Source: an uncultured Bacillales bacterium (GTDB lineage Bacteria; Bacillota_I; Bacilli_A; RFN20; CAG-826). From it: a stretch of DNA of 64,000 nucleotides. The stretch covers positions 47,081 through 111,080 of the forward strand of contig CAMKPL010000001.1 of assembly GCA_946414655.1 (NCBI GenBank), read 5' to 3'. The translations under genes were made by a program, and so were the position numbers. Under the pieces are notes generated by a model that saw only the letters and a program-made list of their open reading frames with translations, was not told the DNA's origin and searched no databases. Of this stretch, positions 1 to 9,280 are shown one piece after another (the stretch's first letter is position 1; each line of letters starts with the position of its first letter).

Positions 1-539
1 ATCGGGAATCCGGCTCCTTGTAAAACACCTAAATTAATTAGAACAGAAAGGGCGAAAACACCTATACACGAAATCGTTAACAAGAGATTCATATCAATTG
101 GATTTCGTAAGTGAATAATGTTTTGAATGACCTTCCAGACTATGTCATAAACAACGATTCCAGCCGCAACTGCATGGAGTGCGAACGACACCCATGAAAA
201 TTCCTCTCCATAGATAATCATTGCGACGGCAACAAGCACCGCTGCCGCAACGATTCTTCCTAAAGTTATCCAGAATTTGTGGTTAAAAATGGAATATTTT
301 TGTTTTGAGCCTTTATTAATTCTTTCGATTCTTAATGGATCATCTTCAATCTTTTTGATCTCATTTTTTAAGTCTTCAACAGGCATCTCATCTTCGCGAT
401 AAACGATATACAAACGTTCATTTGCAAAGTCGATTGTTGCTTGTTGAACAAACTCTTGTTTATTTAAGTATCTTTCTACTTTAGAGGCGCAGTTTGGACA
501 ATCAAATCCCGAACAATGATAAACTACTTTTTTACTCAT
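1..539 (-). CDS. Heavy-metal (Cd/Zn/Pb-type) P1B-ATPase, N-terminal part; runs off the window start
   Basis: Missed by the ORF track; translated by hand from ATG at 539 (GGAGG RBS): MSKKVVYHCSGFDCPNCASKVEKYL (HMA CxxC domain), then TM helices and 'NPIDMNLLLTISCIG'; directly downstream of an ArsR gene. Confidence 0.85.
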   Translation of the reverse strand, partial: MSKKVVYHCSGFDCPNCASKVERYLNKQEFVQQATIDFANERLYIVYREDEMPVEDLKNEIKKIEDDPLRIERINKGSKQKYSIFNHKFWITLGRIVAAAVLVAVAMIIYGEEFSWVSFALHAVAAGIVVYDIVWKVIQNIIHLRNPIDMNLLLTISCIGVFALSVLINLGVLQGAGFP

Positions 540-540
540 C

Positions 541-888
541 TTATAATTCCTCCACATGTTCCACTGCCACATTTAAAAGTTGTTTAACATGACAATCAGA
601 CAAGGAATAGTAAACCTTTTGTCCTTCTTTACGAGTACGAACAAGATTAGCTCGTCGTAAAACAATTAATTGATGTGAGACTAGTGATTGAGATTCACTA
701 ACTTCACTCACAATGTCGCCAACGCATTTCTCAATCATGCATGAATGACAAGTACATTCAGAACAATTCTGCTTTCCGCACTCGCACATGCATTTTTCAT
801 CATTAAGTAAAGATAAAAGAACTTTTAACCGAGTTGGATCAGACATAATCTTGAAGATTTTAGATACATCGTTAACCTTGTTAGACAT
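541..888 (-). CDS. ArsR/SmtB family metal-sensing repressor with a Cys-rich insertion
   Basis: FKIMSDPTRLKVL, SQSLVSHQL..LRRANLV..RKEGQKVYYSL, alpha5 site DCH-x10-HVEE; true start is 888 (GGAGG RBS), as the longer ORF start at 933 lies inside the promoter. Confidence 0.92.
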   Translation of the reverse strand: MSNKVNDVSKIFKIMSDPTRLKVLLSLLNDEKCMCECGKQNCSECTCHSCMIEKCVGDIVSEVSESQSLVSHQLIVLRRANLVRTRKEGQKVYYSLSDCHVKQLLNVAVEHVEEL

Positions 889-912
889 GATCGGATTATT
901 TCCTCCGCGTAT

Positions 913-941
913 ATTATATGAATGTCCGTTCATATATTCAA
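913..941 (-). promoter_or_regulatory. Sigma-A promoter overlapped by a SmtB/CadC-type operator
   Basis: TTGAAT-17 nt-TATAAT on the minus strand; perfect inverted repeat TATATGAA-N6-TTCATATA at 915-936. Confidence 0.85.
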
Positions 942-943
942 GT

Positions 944-970
944 AAAATAAAAGGATTCCGTTAAGAATCC
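944..970 (-). terminator. Intrinsic terminator after nusG
   Basis: GGATTC-N6-GAATCC hairpin followed by a T-run on the minus strand. Confidence 0.7.
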
Positions 971-987
971 AATTATTTAGGATAATT

Positions 988-1539
988 TTAGATCTTATCG
1001 ATTTCAGAGAAATCAACATCAACTGGGGTAGCACGTCCGAAGAATATTGTTTCGATACGGCAAGCACCTGTTGTTTTATCAATGGAGAGAATCTTACCTT
1101 CGGTACCTTCGAGTGGTCCACGAATGACTTTAACATTGTCACCAACGTTATAACGATCATACATGGAGCTATCAACCATACCCATTCTTTTAAGAACTGG
1201 TTCGATTTCTTCACGGCTAACTGGAGTTGGTTTTTGACCACCACCAGCAGATCCAGCAATACCAGTAACACCCGGTGTGTTACGAACAACATACCAAGAA
1301 TTATCAGTCATAATCATTTCCACAAAGATGTTTCCTGGGAAAAGATTTTTCATTTTTGTTTTGCCTGTTGGCATTCCGTCCTTCAGGACAGGAACTTCTT
1401 GTTCAGCAACCAAGACATTGAAGATGTAGTCTTGGAGATTCATTGTTTGAATACGTTTTCTTAAGTTATCAGCAACTTTATTTTCGTGTTGAGAATAAGT
1501 TGTAACAATATACCAACGTTTTTCACCTAATTGAGCCAT
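988..1539 (-). CDS. nusG: Transcription termination/antitermination factor NusG
   Basis: KRWYIVTTYSQHE, FPGNIFVEM, WYVVRNTPGVTG, KOW motif; follows secE. Confidence 0.97.
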   Translation of the reverse strand: MAQLGEKRWYIVTTYSQHENKVADNLRKRIQTMNLQDYIFNVLVAEQEVPVLKDGMPTGKTKMKNLFPGNIFVEMIMTDNSWYVVRNTPGVTGIAGSAGGGQKPTPVSREEIEPVLKRMGMVDSSMYDRYNVGDNVKVIRGPLEGTEGKILSIDKTTGACRIETIFFGRATPVDVDFSEIDKI

Positions 1540-1552
1540 AGTTAACGTCTCC

Positions 1553-1786
1553 TTATCTAATTAAGCGGATTGCGCCTTCTGTAGCTTCTTTAGCACCACC
1601 GCCAAAAATTTCTTTGAGTTGACCAATTAATGATCCTGAGGCTAGGTCTTCGATTGATAAAATCAAAGCACAAAAAACACAAATCACGATTGTTGTGACT
1701 AGTGCTGGAACAAAGACATCTTTCTTTGGCCAACGAACACGTTTGCCTTCTTTAATGACTTCTTGAGTATACTTTTTAACACCCAT
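1553..1786 (-). CDS. secE: Preprotein translocase subunit SecE
   Basis: EGKRVRWP motif plus one TM helix; rpmG-secE-nusG synteny. Confidence 0.9.
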   Translation of the reverse strand: MGVKKYTQEVIKEGKRVRWPKKDVFVPALVTTIVICVFCALILSIEDLASGSLIGQLKEIFGGGAKEATEGAIRLIR

Positions 1787-1796
1787 ATAAGCCTCC

Positions 1797-1943
1797 TTAC
1801 TTACTTTCCTTATGTAACGTCATCTTGTTACATGTTGGACAGTACTTCTTAATTTCAAGACGTTTTGTTTCCCCTTCTTTCTTTGTTGTCGTGTAATTTC
1901 TCGACAGACATTCAGGGCAAATTAAAATAACTTTCTTTCTCAT
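1797..1943 (-). CDS. rpmG: 50S ribosomal protein L33 (zinc-binding form)
   Basis: Missed by the ORF track; [48 protein letters not shown]. Confidence 0.95.
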   Translation of the reverse strand: MRKKVILICPECLSRNYTTTKKEGETKRLEIKKYCPTCNKMTLHKESK

Positions 1944-2015
1944 AAAACGTTATCCTATTAACATCTTGCTGGACTATTTTACTCTTTCACGAATTAAAAA
2001 GTCAATAATGACTTA

Positions 2016-2132
2016 TTATTCGTCTTCCTCGACTGGGGTGAGCATTTCGAATGGTGCGCCACAAACTGGGCAAACTTCACCTTCTTCGACTTCAACTTCT
2101 TGACCGCAGATTTGACAAACATACTTTTTCAT
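2016..2132 (-). CDS. 38-aa rubredoxin-like CxxC..CxxC metal-binding miniprotein
   Basis: Missed by the ORF track; MKKYVCQICGQEVEVEEGEVCPVCGAPFEMLTPVEEDE with AGGAG RBS, directly after mrp. Confidence 0.8.
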   Translation of the reverse strand: MKKYVCQICGQEVEVEEGEVCPVCGAPFEMLTPVEEDE

Positions 2133-2144
2133 AGTTGGTCTCCT

Positions 2145-2972
2145 TTATTTCTTAAATTCTTCAACACGATGAACAAGTTCATCGAGAACATCAGTTTTAT
2201 ATTCTTCAATCTTTCCTTCATCAACCTTTGTGGCAAGTTCTGGATCAATTGGAATCTCAGCTAAAACTTCTAAACCGTGGCGATGAACTTCATCCTCATA
2301 TTTTCCGTTACCAAAAACACGAATTTTTTCGTTACATTTTGGACATTTTACATAAGCCATATTCATTGCTACGCCTAAAATATCAACATACATCATTTTA
2401 GCCATGTTGATTGATTTAGCCACGACCATTCCAACCAGATCTTGCGGGCTAGAAACGACTATAATTCCATCAATTGGATAGCTTTGGAAAACAGTTAATG
2501 GAACATCTCCTGTTCCTGGTGGCATATCGATTAAAAGATAATCCACATCACCATAAATAACGTCGGTATAAAGTTGTTGAACAAAACCAGCAATAAGTGG
2601 CCCTCTCCAACAAATTGGATCTTCTGCGTTTTCAAGCAACGCGTTGGCAGACATGATTTTTACACCATGTTTTGAGATTAATGGGTAAAGACCGGATTCA
2701 TCTTGTGGAGCAAGTTTTCCTTTCAAACCAAAAGCTTGAGGAATGCTTGGTCCGGTAACGTCTGCGTCAATAATCGCCACCTTATGTCCACGCTTGTTTA
2801 ATGCGCTTGCTAAAAGAGATGTGACGAGACTTTTTCCAACACCACCTTTTCCAGAAATCACCGCAAAAGTCCGACGAAATGACGAAAATTGGTGTGGTTT
2901 TAGTTTTTCAATTGTTCGTTCGCCACAGTCGCTAACTGAGCAACTTGCGCAATCGTGATTACAATCCGCCAT
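2145..2972 (-). CDS. mrp: Mrp/NBP35 (ApbC) iron-sulfur cluster carrier ATPase
   Basis: GKGGVGKS, DADVTGPS, WRGP, DMPPGTGD, CPKC; N-terminal Cys-rich motif. Confidence 0.93.
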   Translation of the reverse strand: MADCNHDCASCSVSDCGERTIEKLKPHQFSSFRRTFAVISGKGGVGKSLVTSLLASALNKRGHKVAIIDADVTGPSIPQAFGLKGKLAPQDESGLYPLISKHGVKIMSANALLENAEDPICWRGPLIAGFVQQLYTDVIYGDVDYLLIDMPPGTGDVPLTVFQSYPIDGIIVVSSPQDLVGMVVAKSINMAKMMYVDILGVAMNMAYVKCPKCNEKIRVFGNGKYEDEVHRHGLEVLAEIPIDPELATKVDEGKIEEYKTDVLDELVHRVEEFKK

Positions 2973-3033
2973 ATGAGATAACCTCCGATTTGAGTGCTTC
3001 TATTATCTCATACTTAATAAAATTAAAAAACCA

Positions 3034-3618
3034 TTAATCGAGTTTATTTAATCCGGTCAAAAGTTTTTTGTTTTTACGTTGGGCGATGATTCTTCTTCTC
3101 ACGGTTGAAAGCGAGACATTCATTATTTCAGCAATTTCCTGTAATGAAAATCCAATTCCGCGATAGTAAAGGATTGCTTTATCTAGCGCAGAAATACCAT
3201 ATTCTTCTAGACTAGACGAAGCGACAATTGATTCGAGAAGATCAAGTCGAGTATCATACGATCCAATGATATCGAGCAAAAACTTCCCATCGTCGAATTT
3301 CTTGTCCAAACTTCCGCAATAAAAAAGCGGGTCTTGTTTTGATATGACCCGCCTCACAAAATCCAATGTTTTGTACTCAACTATCTTTTTAAGATAATGT
3401 TTGAATGTACATATTCCTGGTTTGTACGCTTGAATTGCGATTGTAAAGAATTCGTTATACATGTCCTCACAATCTTCTTTAGTTATGTTCATTATTCGGC
3501 ACTCCCGAAGTATGAGCATCATGTACTTACACGAGCTTTCTTGACATGCCCCGTAATAGCTCCGTGTTAATTCTAAAGGGCTCAGCGAAAAATCATCGCT
3601 ATTTTGACGTCTTTTCAT
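3034..3618 (-). CDS. Divergent sigma-70 family (SigH/ComX-like) sigma factor
   Basis: Region 2-like EDCEDMY..F..Y and C-terminal HTH GFSLQEIAEIMNVSLSTVRRR; occupies the sigH position between rlmB and rpmG. Confidence 0.65.
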   Translation of the reverse strand: MKRRQNSDDFSLSPLELTRSYYGACQESSCKYMMLILRECRIMNITKEDCEDMYNEFFTIAIQAYKPGICTFKHYLKKIVEYKTLDFVRRVISKQDPLFYCGSLDKKFDDGKFLLDIIGSYDTRLDLLESIVASSSLEEYGISALDKAILYYRGIGFSLQEIAEIMNVSLSTVRRRIIAQRKNKKLLTGLNKLD

Positions 3619-3634
3619 AAAAAGATCTCCTTAT

Positions 3635-4381
3635 CTATTTAAAGGAGGATCTTATATTACTAAGTAATATGCCTGTTGCCACTGAAACATTTAATGAGTT
3701 AACGTGGCCTAGCATTGGTATTTTGATTATGAAATCAGAATTTTCCAGAACGAGTCGTGAAATCCCATTTCCTTCCGAACCAACGATTAACGCTGTTGGC
3801 CCACCATATTTGACTTTGTCATAGTCATCTTTAGCCGATCCATCGGAGGAGTAGATCCAGAATCCAGAATCTTTCAGCACTTTGATGGCGTTAGAAATGT
3901 TACTCACTTGGCAAATCTTTACGTGATCGATTGCTCCTGTAGAAACTTTAACAACCGTCATATTGATTTGAACCTGATTGCGATTTTTCAGGATGATCCC
4001 GTCCACACCAAAAGCATCGCATGAACGAATAATTGCTCCTAGGTTATGTGGGTCTTCAACCTCATCAAGAATGAGAATTAGTGGTTGTTTTTTACCTTGG
4101 CATCCTTTTAGGATGTCTTCGAGTGTTGAGTATTTGTACTCTTCTACTTCGGCAATAACACCTTGGTGATTACCATTCTTCGATAAACTTGCTAAAACAG
4201 ATGGCTCGACATATTCAATCAAAACGTTCTTATCCTTAGCAAGTTTAAGGAGAGACTGTTCGGAGAAGCCTTTTTGTACTAAAAGTTTTTTTACTTTATT
4301 AGCCTCAATGCTACTCTTTACAGGGATCCTCCCATAAATCAAGTTAGCACGAGTTTTCTTCAAAGCATCCCCGTGTTTCAT
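3635..4381 (-). CDS. rlmB: 23S rRNA (G2251-2'-O)-methyltransferase RlmB
   Basis: NHQGV, LDEVEDPHNLGAIIRS, GSEGNG, IPMLGHVNSLNVSVA (SPOUT motifs). Confidence 0.95.
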   Translation of the reverse strand: MKHGDALKKTRANLIYGRIPVKSSIEANKVKKLLVQKGFSEQSLLKLAKDKNVLIEYVEPSVLASLSKNGNHQGVIAEVEEYKYSTLEDILKGCQGKKQPLILILDEVEDPHNLGAIIRSCDAFGVDGIILKNRNQVQINMTVVKVSTGAIDHVKICQVSNISNAIKVLKDSGFWIYSSDGSAKDDYDKVKYGGPTALIVGSEGNGISRLVLENSDFIIKIPMLGHVNSLNVSVATGILLSNIRSSFK

Positions 4382-5725
4382 TTATAAAATTCCCTTTTCG
4401 ATTAACACCTTTCGAAGGGCATCTGATTCATCAAATTTTTTCTCTGTTTTTAGTGCTAAATACTTGGCATAAGTAGCCTTATCTTCATCACTCAAAACAG
4501 GGTATTTAATATCTAAACCAAAGACATCCAAAATATCGCGGATATTTGCAAAAAGCACCAGCAATTTTTGGTTATCTTTCGGATTTTTACGTAATTCAAC
4601 ATTAGCATTTTTGAGCTCTTCATATAAACAAGTAAAGCCATTAGAAGTGTTGAAATCTTCGCTTAAGGCAGTAAGAAATTTATCGATATTTCCTTTAGCG
4701 TTTTTCAGATCTATATTGGCGACTTCGAGTGCCACTGCTAATTGTTTATATGTTTGGCTAATTTTGGTGAGTTCGTTCTTTGCAGATAAAACCGTTTCTT
4801 CTGTAAACTGAACAGGAGCACGATAATGAGTTGAAAGAATCAACAAGCGGAGAAGATTTGGTCCAAATTCCTTTAATGCATCCTTGGCTAAGATGACATT
4901 GCCTAAAGATTTAGACATCTTTTCGTTTCCAAAGTTTACAAAGCCGTTGTGCATCCAGACATTAGCGATTCGATGACCATCATGAGCTTTTGCTTGAGCA
5001 ATTTCGTTTTCGTGATGTGGGAACTTTAAGTCAAAACCGCCACCATGAATGTCAATCATCCCACCAAAGATAGAATTGATCATTACGCAACACTCAGTAT
5101 GCCAACCTGGGCGTCCTTTTCCCCAAGGGGAATCCCATTGGATACCAACATTAGTTTTCTTCCACAAGACAAAGTCTAATGGAGATTCCTTTTTGCTATT
5201 TTCTTCGATACGTGCTCCAACAACCAAATCATCAACATTAATGTTTTGGAGTTCACCATAGTTCTTGATAGAACTAATACGGAAAAACACATCACCATCG
5301 ACTTCGTAAGCAGCACCTTTTTTGACAAGTTCATCAATATACTTGATGATTGCAGGCATGTACTCAGTGACTTTTGGGTTTTGATAATGTGGTTTTACAT
5401 TTAAAGATTTTAAAACTTCTTTATAAGCAGCAATGTATCGTTCAGAAATAACTTGTTCAGGAACACCTTCCTGTTGTGCTTTATTGATGATTTTATCATC
5501 AACATCAGTGAAGTTAGATACAAGTTTAACATCATAACCGACTTTTTCTAAAAACCGACGAAAAGTGTCGAAAACAATTACTGGGCGAATGTTTCCGACG
5601 TGAGCATCGCCATAGACCGTTGGTCCACAGCAGTACATCGAAATTTCACCAGGTTTAATTGGATGTAAAATTTCTTCGCTGTTAGTTAATGAGTTAAAAA
5701 CTTTGATTTCCATAAGTATATTCAT
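4382..5725 (-). CDS. cysS: Cysteine--tRNA ligase (start 5725 or 5713)
   Basis: YCCGPTVY, HVGN, GRPGWHTEC, DIHGGG.DL.FPHHENE, KMSKS. Confidence 0.98.
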   Translation of the reverse strand: MNILMEIKVFNSLTNSEEILHPIKPGEISMYCCGPTVYGDAHVGNIRPVIVFDTFRRFLEKVGYDVKLVSNFTDVDDKIINKAQQEGVPEQVISERYIAAYKEVLKSLNVKPHYQNPKVTEYMPAIIKYIDELVKKGAAYEVDGDVFFRISSIKNYGELQNINVDDLVVGARIEENSKKESPLDFVLWKKTNVGIQWDSPWGKGRPGWHTECCVMINSIFGGMIDIHGGGFDLKFPHHENEIAQAKAHDGHRIANVWMHNGFVNFGNEKMSKSLGNVILAKDALKEFGPNLLRLLILSTHYRAPVQFTEETVLSAKNELTKISQTYKQLAVALEVANIDLKNAKGNIDKFLTALSEDFNTSNGFTCLYEELKNANVELRKNPKDNQKLLVLFANIRDILDVFGLDIKYPVLSDEDKATYAKYLALKTEKKFDESDALRKVLIEKGIL

Positions 5726-5742
5726 TGTAACATAAATCAGAA

Positions 5743-6954
5743 TTATTCAGATTTATGAGTTTTCAAATATTGTTCAGCAAGGCCACCAACCGATGTTTCA
5801 CGGTAGTTCTTTGACATATCTTTACCGGTTTGAAGCATTGTTTCAACAATGCTATCGAATGAAACTTCGTGTGAATCGCTTGCATATTCGGCTAATCGGC
5901 AAGATGTAATTGCTCTTTGTGCAGCGACGGCGTTTCGTTCTATACATGGGATTTGAACATAACCCAAAACCGGGTCACAAGTGGATCCTAATGAATGTTC
6001 CATGGCAACTTCAGCTGCACACTCAATTGTAGCTAAATCAAGACCTTTAAGATACGCAAATGCTGCCGCAGCCATTGAACACGCTGAGCCAATCTCGGCT
6101 TGGCAACCAGCAACAGCCCCGGAAATTGAACCGTTTTGTTTAATGATATTTCCAATAACGCCAGCAACTGCCAAAGCATTAACCATCTTCTCGATGGAAT
6201 TGTGGTAGTTATCGTAACAATAACGCATCACTGCTGGAAGTGTTCCGGCCGCACCACATGTTGGAGCGGTGACAACAATATTACCACTAGCGTTTTCTTC
6301 GCCAGTTGCAAAAGCATAAGCAATGATTAAGCGATATGAACGAGCAATGCTTGTTTCGCTTTCTGCTTTCGGGGTCAAAAACGAACGGGCACGACGTTTG
6401 ACGTGGAGTGGTCCAGGAAGTTCTCCTTCTTTACGTAATCCAGCATCAATTGTATCCATCATTTGGTTGAAAACTTTTTCTAAATATTTAAAGATTTCTT
6501 CACCTTCATAATGACGAACATAATCGACTAAATCCCACCCATTTTCACCGCAAATCTTGGATATTTCACCAAAATTCTTTTCTGGATAAACCTCTTCTTC
6601 ATACTCTTCAACTTCACCTTCAATTTGGATTGCTCCGCCACCAGTGGAGATGACTTCTTTCTCCAGTGAACGGCCATCACCAAAATGAAGAACAAACTTC
6701 ATTGTGTTTGGGTGTTTAACAGGAGTTTTAATATCAAAATGAATCGCACAGTCAACTGGTGCCAATGTTTGTTGAATTGTTTTGTCGGTTAAGTGACCGC
6801 GTCCAGTTAACGCAAACGATCCGTAGAGATAAACATCATAACTGACGACATCAGGATAGTTCTTACGAAAATATTTCGCGGCACGATATGGCGCAATTGA
6901 ATGAGAGGAACTTGGTCCATTTCCAATACGATATAAATATCTCAGTGATTTCAT
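5743..6954 (-). CDS. sdaA: L-serine ammonia-lyase, Fe-S dependent, single chain
   Basis: IGNGPSSSH, VTAPTCGAAG, GCQAEIG, EHSLG.TCDPVLGYVQIPCIERN. Confidence 0.93.
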   Translation of the reverse strand: MKSLRYLYRIGNGPSSSHSIAPYRAAKYFRKNYPDVVSYDVYLYGSFALTGRGHLTDKTIQQTLAPVDCAIHFDIKTPVKHPNTMKFVLHFGDGRSLEKEVISTGGGAIQIEGEVEEYEEEVYPEKNFGEISKICGENGWDLVDYVRHYEGEEIFKYLEKVFNQMMDTIDAGLRKEGELPGPLHVKRRARSFLTPKAESETSIARSYRLIIAYAFATGEENASGNIVVTAPTCGAAGTLPAVMRYCYDNYHNSIEKMVNALAVAGVIGNIIKQNGSISGAVAGCQAEIGSACSMAAAAFAYLKGLDLATIECAAEVAMEHSLGSTCDPVLGYVQIPCIERNAVAAQRAITSCRLAEYASDSHEVSFDSIVETMLQTGKDMSKNYRETSVGGLAEQYLKTHKSE

Positions 6955-6963
6955 AGCGAGAGA

Positions 6964-6972
6964 ATTATATCA
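6964..6972 (-). promoter_or_regulatory. Extended -10 promoter of sdaA
   Basis: TGATATAAT 9 nt before the ATG, no SD sequence. Confidence 0.6.
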
Positions 6973-6982
6973 TTATTTTCAT

Positions 6983-7014
6983 AAAATAAAAGCGAGTTCG
7001 GTGAGGAACTCGCT
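6983..7014 (-). terminator. Intrinsic terminator ending the catabolic operon
   Basis: GCGAGTTC-N6-GAACTCGC followed by TTTTA on the minus strand. Confidence 0.85.
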
Positions 7015-7036
7015 AGTATTTATGTTTTGGAGCTAA

Positions 7037-8047
7037 TTAACGGCGATCACTTGGGAGCTTATCGTGAACAAATAATGCCATAACAGCTTTAGCTGTGTGG
7101 ATTCTGTTCTCGGCTTCTTGATAAACCACTGATTGTGGTCCGTCGATAACCTCATCAACAACTTCGTTCACACGGTCGGCTGGAAGGGCGTGCATGTAAC
7201 GGCATGTTGGTTTGGCTAAAGCCATTTTTTCTGGTGTACACTTCCATGCTTTAAGAGCAAGTAATGCATCATCAACAACTGTGGTTGATTGGTTGGTGAC
7301 CCAAGAACCCCAGTTCTTTGGGAAGACGACATCAGCATCTTTATAAGCGGCATCCATGTCGTGAGTAATGGTTAATGAACCACCATTTTCAGCGGCATTT
7401 TTGCGGGCTTTTTCGATAACCCAGTCTGGTAAATCATAACCTTCTGGATATGCTAAGGTAACATCGATACCATAGCGTGGGAAAAGAAGAACTTGGCTAA
7501 CCGGAACTGAAATTGGTTTCTTGTGAGTTGTGGCCATCGCCCAAATAACAGAAACTTTTAAGTGCTTTGTTTTTCCGAATTCATCTTCAATGGTCATTAA
7601 GTCCGCAAGAGCTTGCATTGGGTGATATAAATCACATTGTAAGTTAATGATTGGGACTGTGGACCATTTGGCCATTTCGCGGATGTATTTGTTTCCTAAG
7701 CCCCAGTTACAATATCGGCAAGCGATCATGTGACCAAAGCTTGAAAGAATAACCGCGGTATCCTTGGCAGATTCACCATGAGCAATTTGCATCATGGATG
7801 TGTCAAGGAAGGTAGCGTGTCCGCCAAGTTGAGCCATACCACTTTCGAAAGAGTTACGGGTTCTTGTTGATTGTTCAAAGAACATCAAGAAACCTGTTTT
7901 TCCTTCTAACCATGGGGTCTTTTCGTTGGCGTAGAACGCATCTTTAAAGTCATGAGAGACTTTGAGCATGTAGTCGATTTCTTCTTTAGTAAAATCTTCT
8001 AAAGTAATGAGATGTCGACCGGCAAATCTTGGTGCTATTTTTTCCAT
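7037..8047 (-). CDS. Knotted-type (YgeW/AOTCase-like) carbamoyltransferase
   Basis: STRTR and HPMQALAD carbamoyl-phosphate motifs, MHALPADR, Pro-rich loop WAMATTHKKPISVP; context ygeY and carbamate kinase. Confidence 0.85.
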   Translation of the reverse strand: MEKIAPRFAGRHLITLEDFTKEEIDYMLKVSHDFKDAFYANEKTPWLEGKTGFLMFFEQSTRTRNSFESGMAQLGGHATFLDTSMMQIAHGESAKDTAVILSSFGHMIACRYCNWGLGNKYIREMAKWSTVPIINLQCDLYHPMQALADLMTIEDEFGKTKHLKVSVIWAMATTHKKPISVPVSQVLLFPRYGIDVTLAYPEGYDLPDWVIEKARKNAAENGGSLTITHDMDAAYKDADVVFPKNWGSWVTNQSTTVVDDALLALKAWKCTPEKMALAKPTCRYMHALPADRVNEVVDEVIDGPQSVVYQEAENRIHTAKAVMALFVHDKLPSDRR

Positions 8048-8059
8048 TTCTAAATCTCC

Positions 8060-9280
8060 TTATTTTTGTTTTGCGAGGTTTTCAAGGTAAAGACCTGGAA
8101 TTGTCGCATAGAGAGCAGCACACACGACTAAGTCGCGTTTTCTGGTCTTTTCATTTGGGGCGTGTGCTTCTTTTTCATCGCCTGGACCAAAGCCAATGCA
8201 AGGAATTCCGAAGCGTCCCATAATGGAAACACCATTGGTGGAGAATGTCCACTTATCAATCACTGGGGCTTTCTTGAAGAGTCCTTCATAACCTTGTTTT
8301 AAGGATTGAACATAAATGGAATCTTCTGGAATAACCCAGGTTGGGAAGTAGCATTCTTGTTTATAAACAAGACCAGTATAAGCTGGGCGTTCATAATCAT
8401 ACATTGAAACTTCTGCTTTCGCACGTTTCACACTTGGTAAATTTTCAATTTCCGCAATGGAAGTCTTATCGTTTTCTCCGACTGTTAAACGACGGTCGAG
8501 AGAAATCCAGCATCCATCAGCGACAGCACAACGGCTTGGAGACTTGTGGAAGATTTGGGAAATTGTGACTGTTCCTTTACCGAGGAATGGGTCATAGGCT
8601 AAACCAGTTTCATTGAGTTTTTCAATGTCTTTGATGATGTCAGCCATTTTATAAATGGCGTTATCACCACGTTCTGGTGCACTACCATGGCAAGAGATAC
8701 CACGAACGTTGACTTTGATTTCCATACGTCCACGGTGTCCACGATAGATTTGGCAGCTTGTTGGTTCAGTTGAAACAACAAATTCTGGTTTAATCTTGTC
8801 TTGCTCAATAATGTACTTCCAGCAAAGACCATCACAGTCTTCTTCTTGGACAGTACCGGTCACAAGTAAGGTAAAGTCATCTTCAAGACCGAGATCTTTA
8901 ATGATTTTACCGGCATAGACCATTGAGGCCATACCACCTTCTTGGTCACTTGTTCCACGACCACCGATATATGTTTCATCTTCGAAACCTTCATATGGAT
9001 CAAACTTCCAGTTTTTGATTTCTCCGATACCAACGGTATCGATGTGTGCATCCATGGCGATTAAGTGCTTACCATGGCCAATGTAACCTAAGACGTTACC
9101 CATTGGGTCGATGTCGACTTTGTCGAAACCAACTTTGAGCATTTCTTCTTTAATGCGAAGAACAACTTCTTTTTCGCCACATGACTCAGATGGAATCTTC
9201 ACCATGTCGCGAAGGAATTTAGTCATATCTTTTTGATATGATTCAGCTTTCTTAAGGATTTCTTCAAATGAAACTTTCAT
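8060..9280 (-). CDS. ygeY: YgeY family M20 metallo-amidohydrolase
   Basis: [50 protein letters not shown]. Confidence 0.92.
   Translation of the reverse strand: MKVSFEEILKKAESYQKDMTKFLRDMVKIPSESCGEKEVVLRIKEEMLKVGFDKVDIDPMGNVLGYIGHGKHLIAMDAHIDTVGIGEIKNWKFDPYEGFEDETYIGGRGTSDQEGGMASMVYAGKIIKDLGLEDDFTLLVTGTVQEEDCDGLCWKYIIEQDKIKPEFVVSTEPTSCQIYRGHRGRMEIKVNVRGISCHGSAPERGDNAIYKMADIIKDIEKLNETGLAYDPFLGKGTVTISQIFHKSPSRCAVADGCWISLDRRLTVGENDKTSIAEIENLPSVKRAKAEVSMYDYERPAYTGLVYKQECYFPTWVIPEDSIYVQSLKQGYEGLFKKAPVIDKWTFSTNGVSIMGRFGIPCIGFGPGDEKEAHAPNEKTRKRDLVVCAALYATIPGLYLENLAKQK

Noticed and set aside
889-933. N-terminal extension of ArsR (MNGHSYNIRGG...)
   Set aside because: It overlaps the promoter/operator; the SD points to the ATG at 888
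930-1464. ORFs 930-1292 and 1234-1464
   Set aside because: Alternative-frame or antisense shadows of nusG; the same applies to the many 60-170 aa ORFs nested in long, motif-bearing genes throughout the window
7037-8047. Calling this argF and, with the carbamate kinase, an arginine deiminase pathway
   Set aside because: No arcA/arcD, a non-OTC loop sequence, and a ygeY/xdh context
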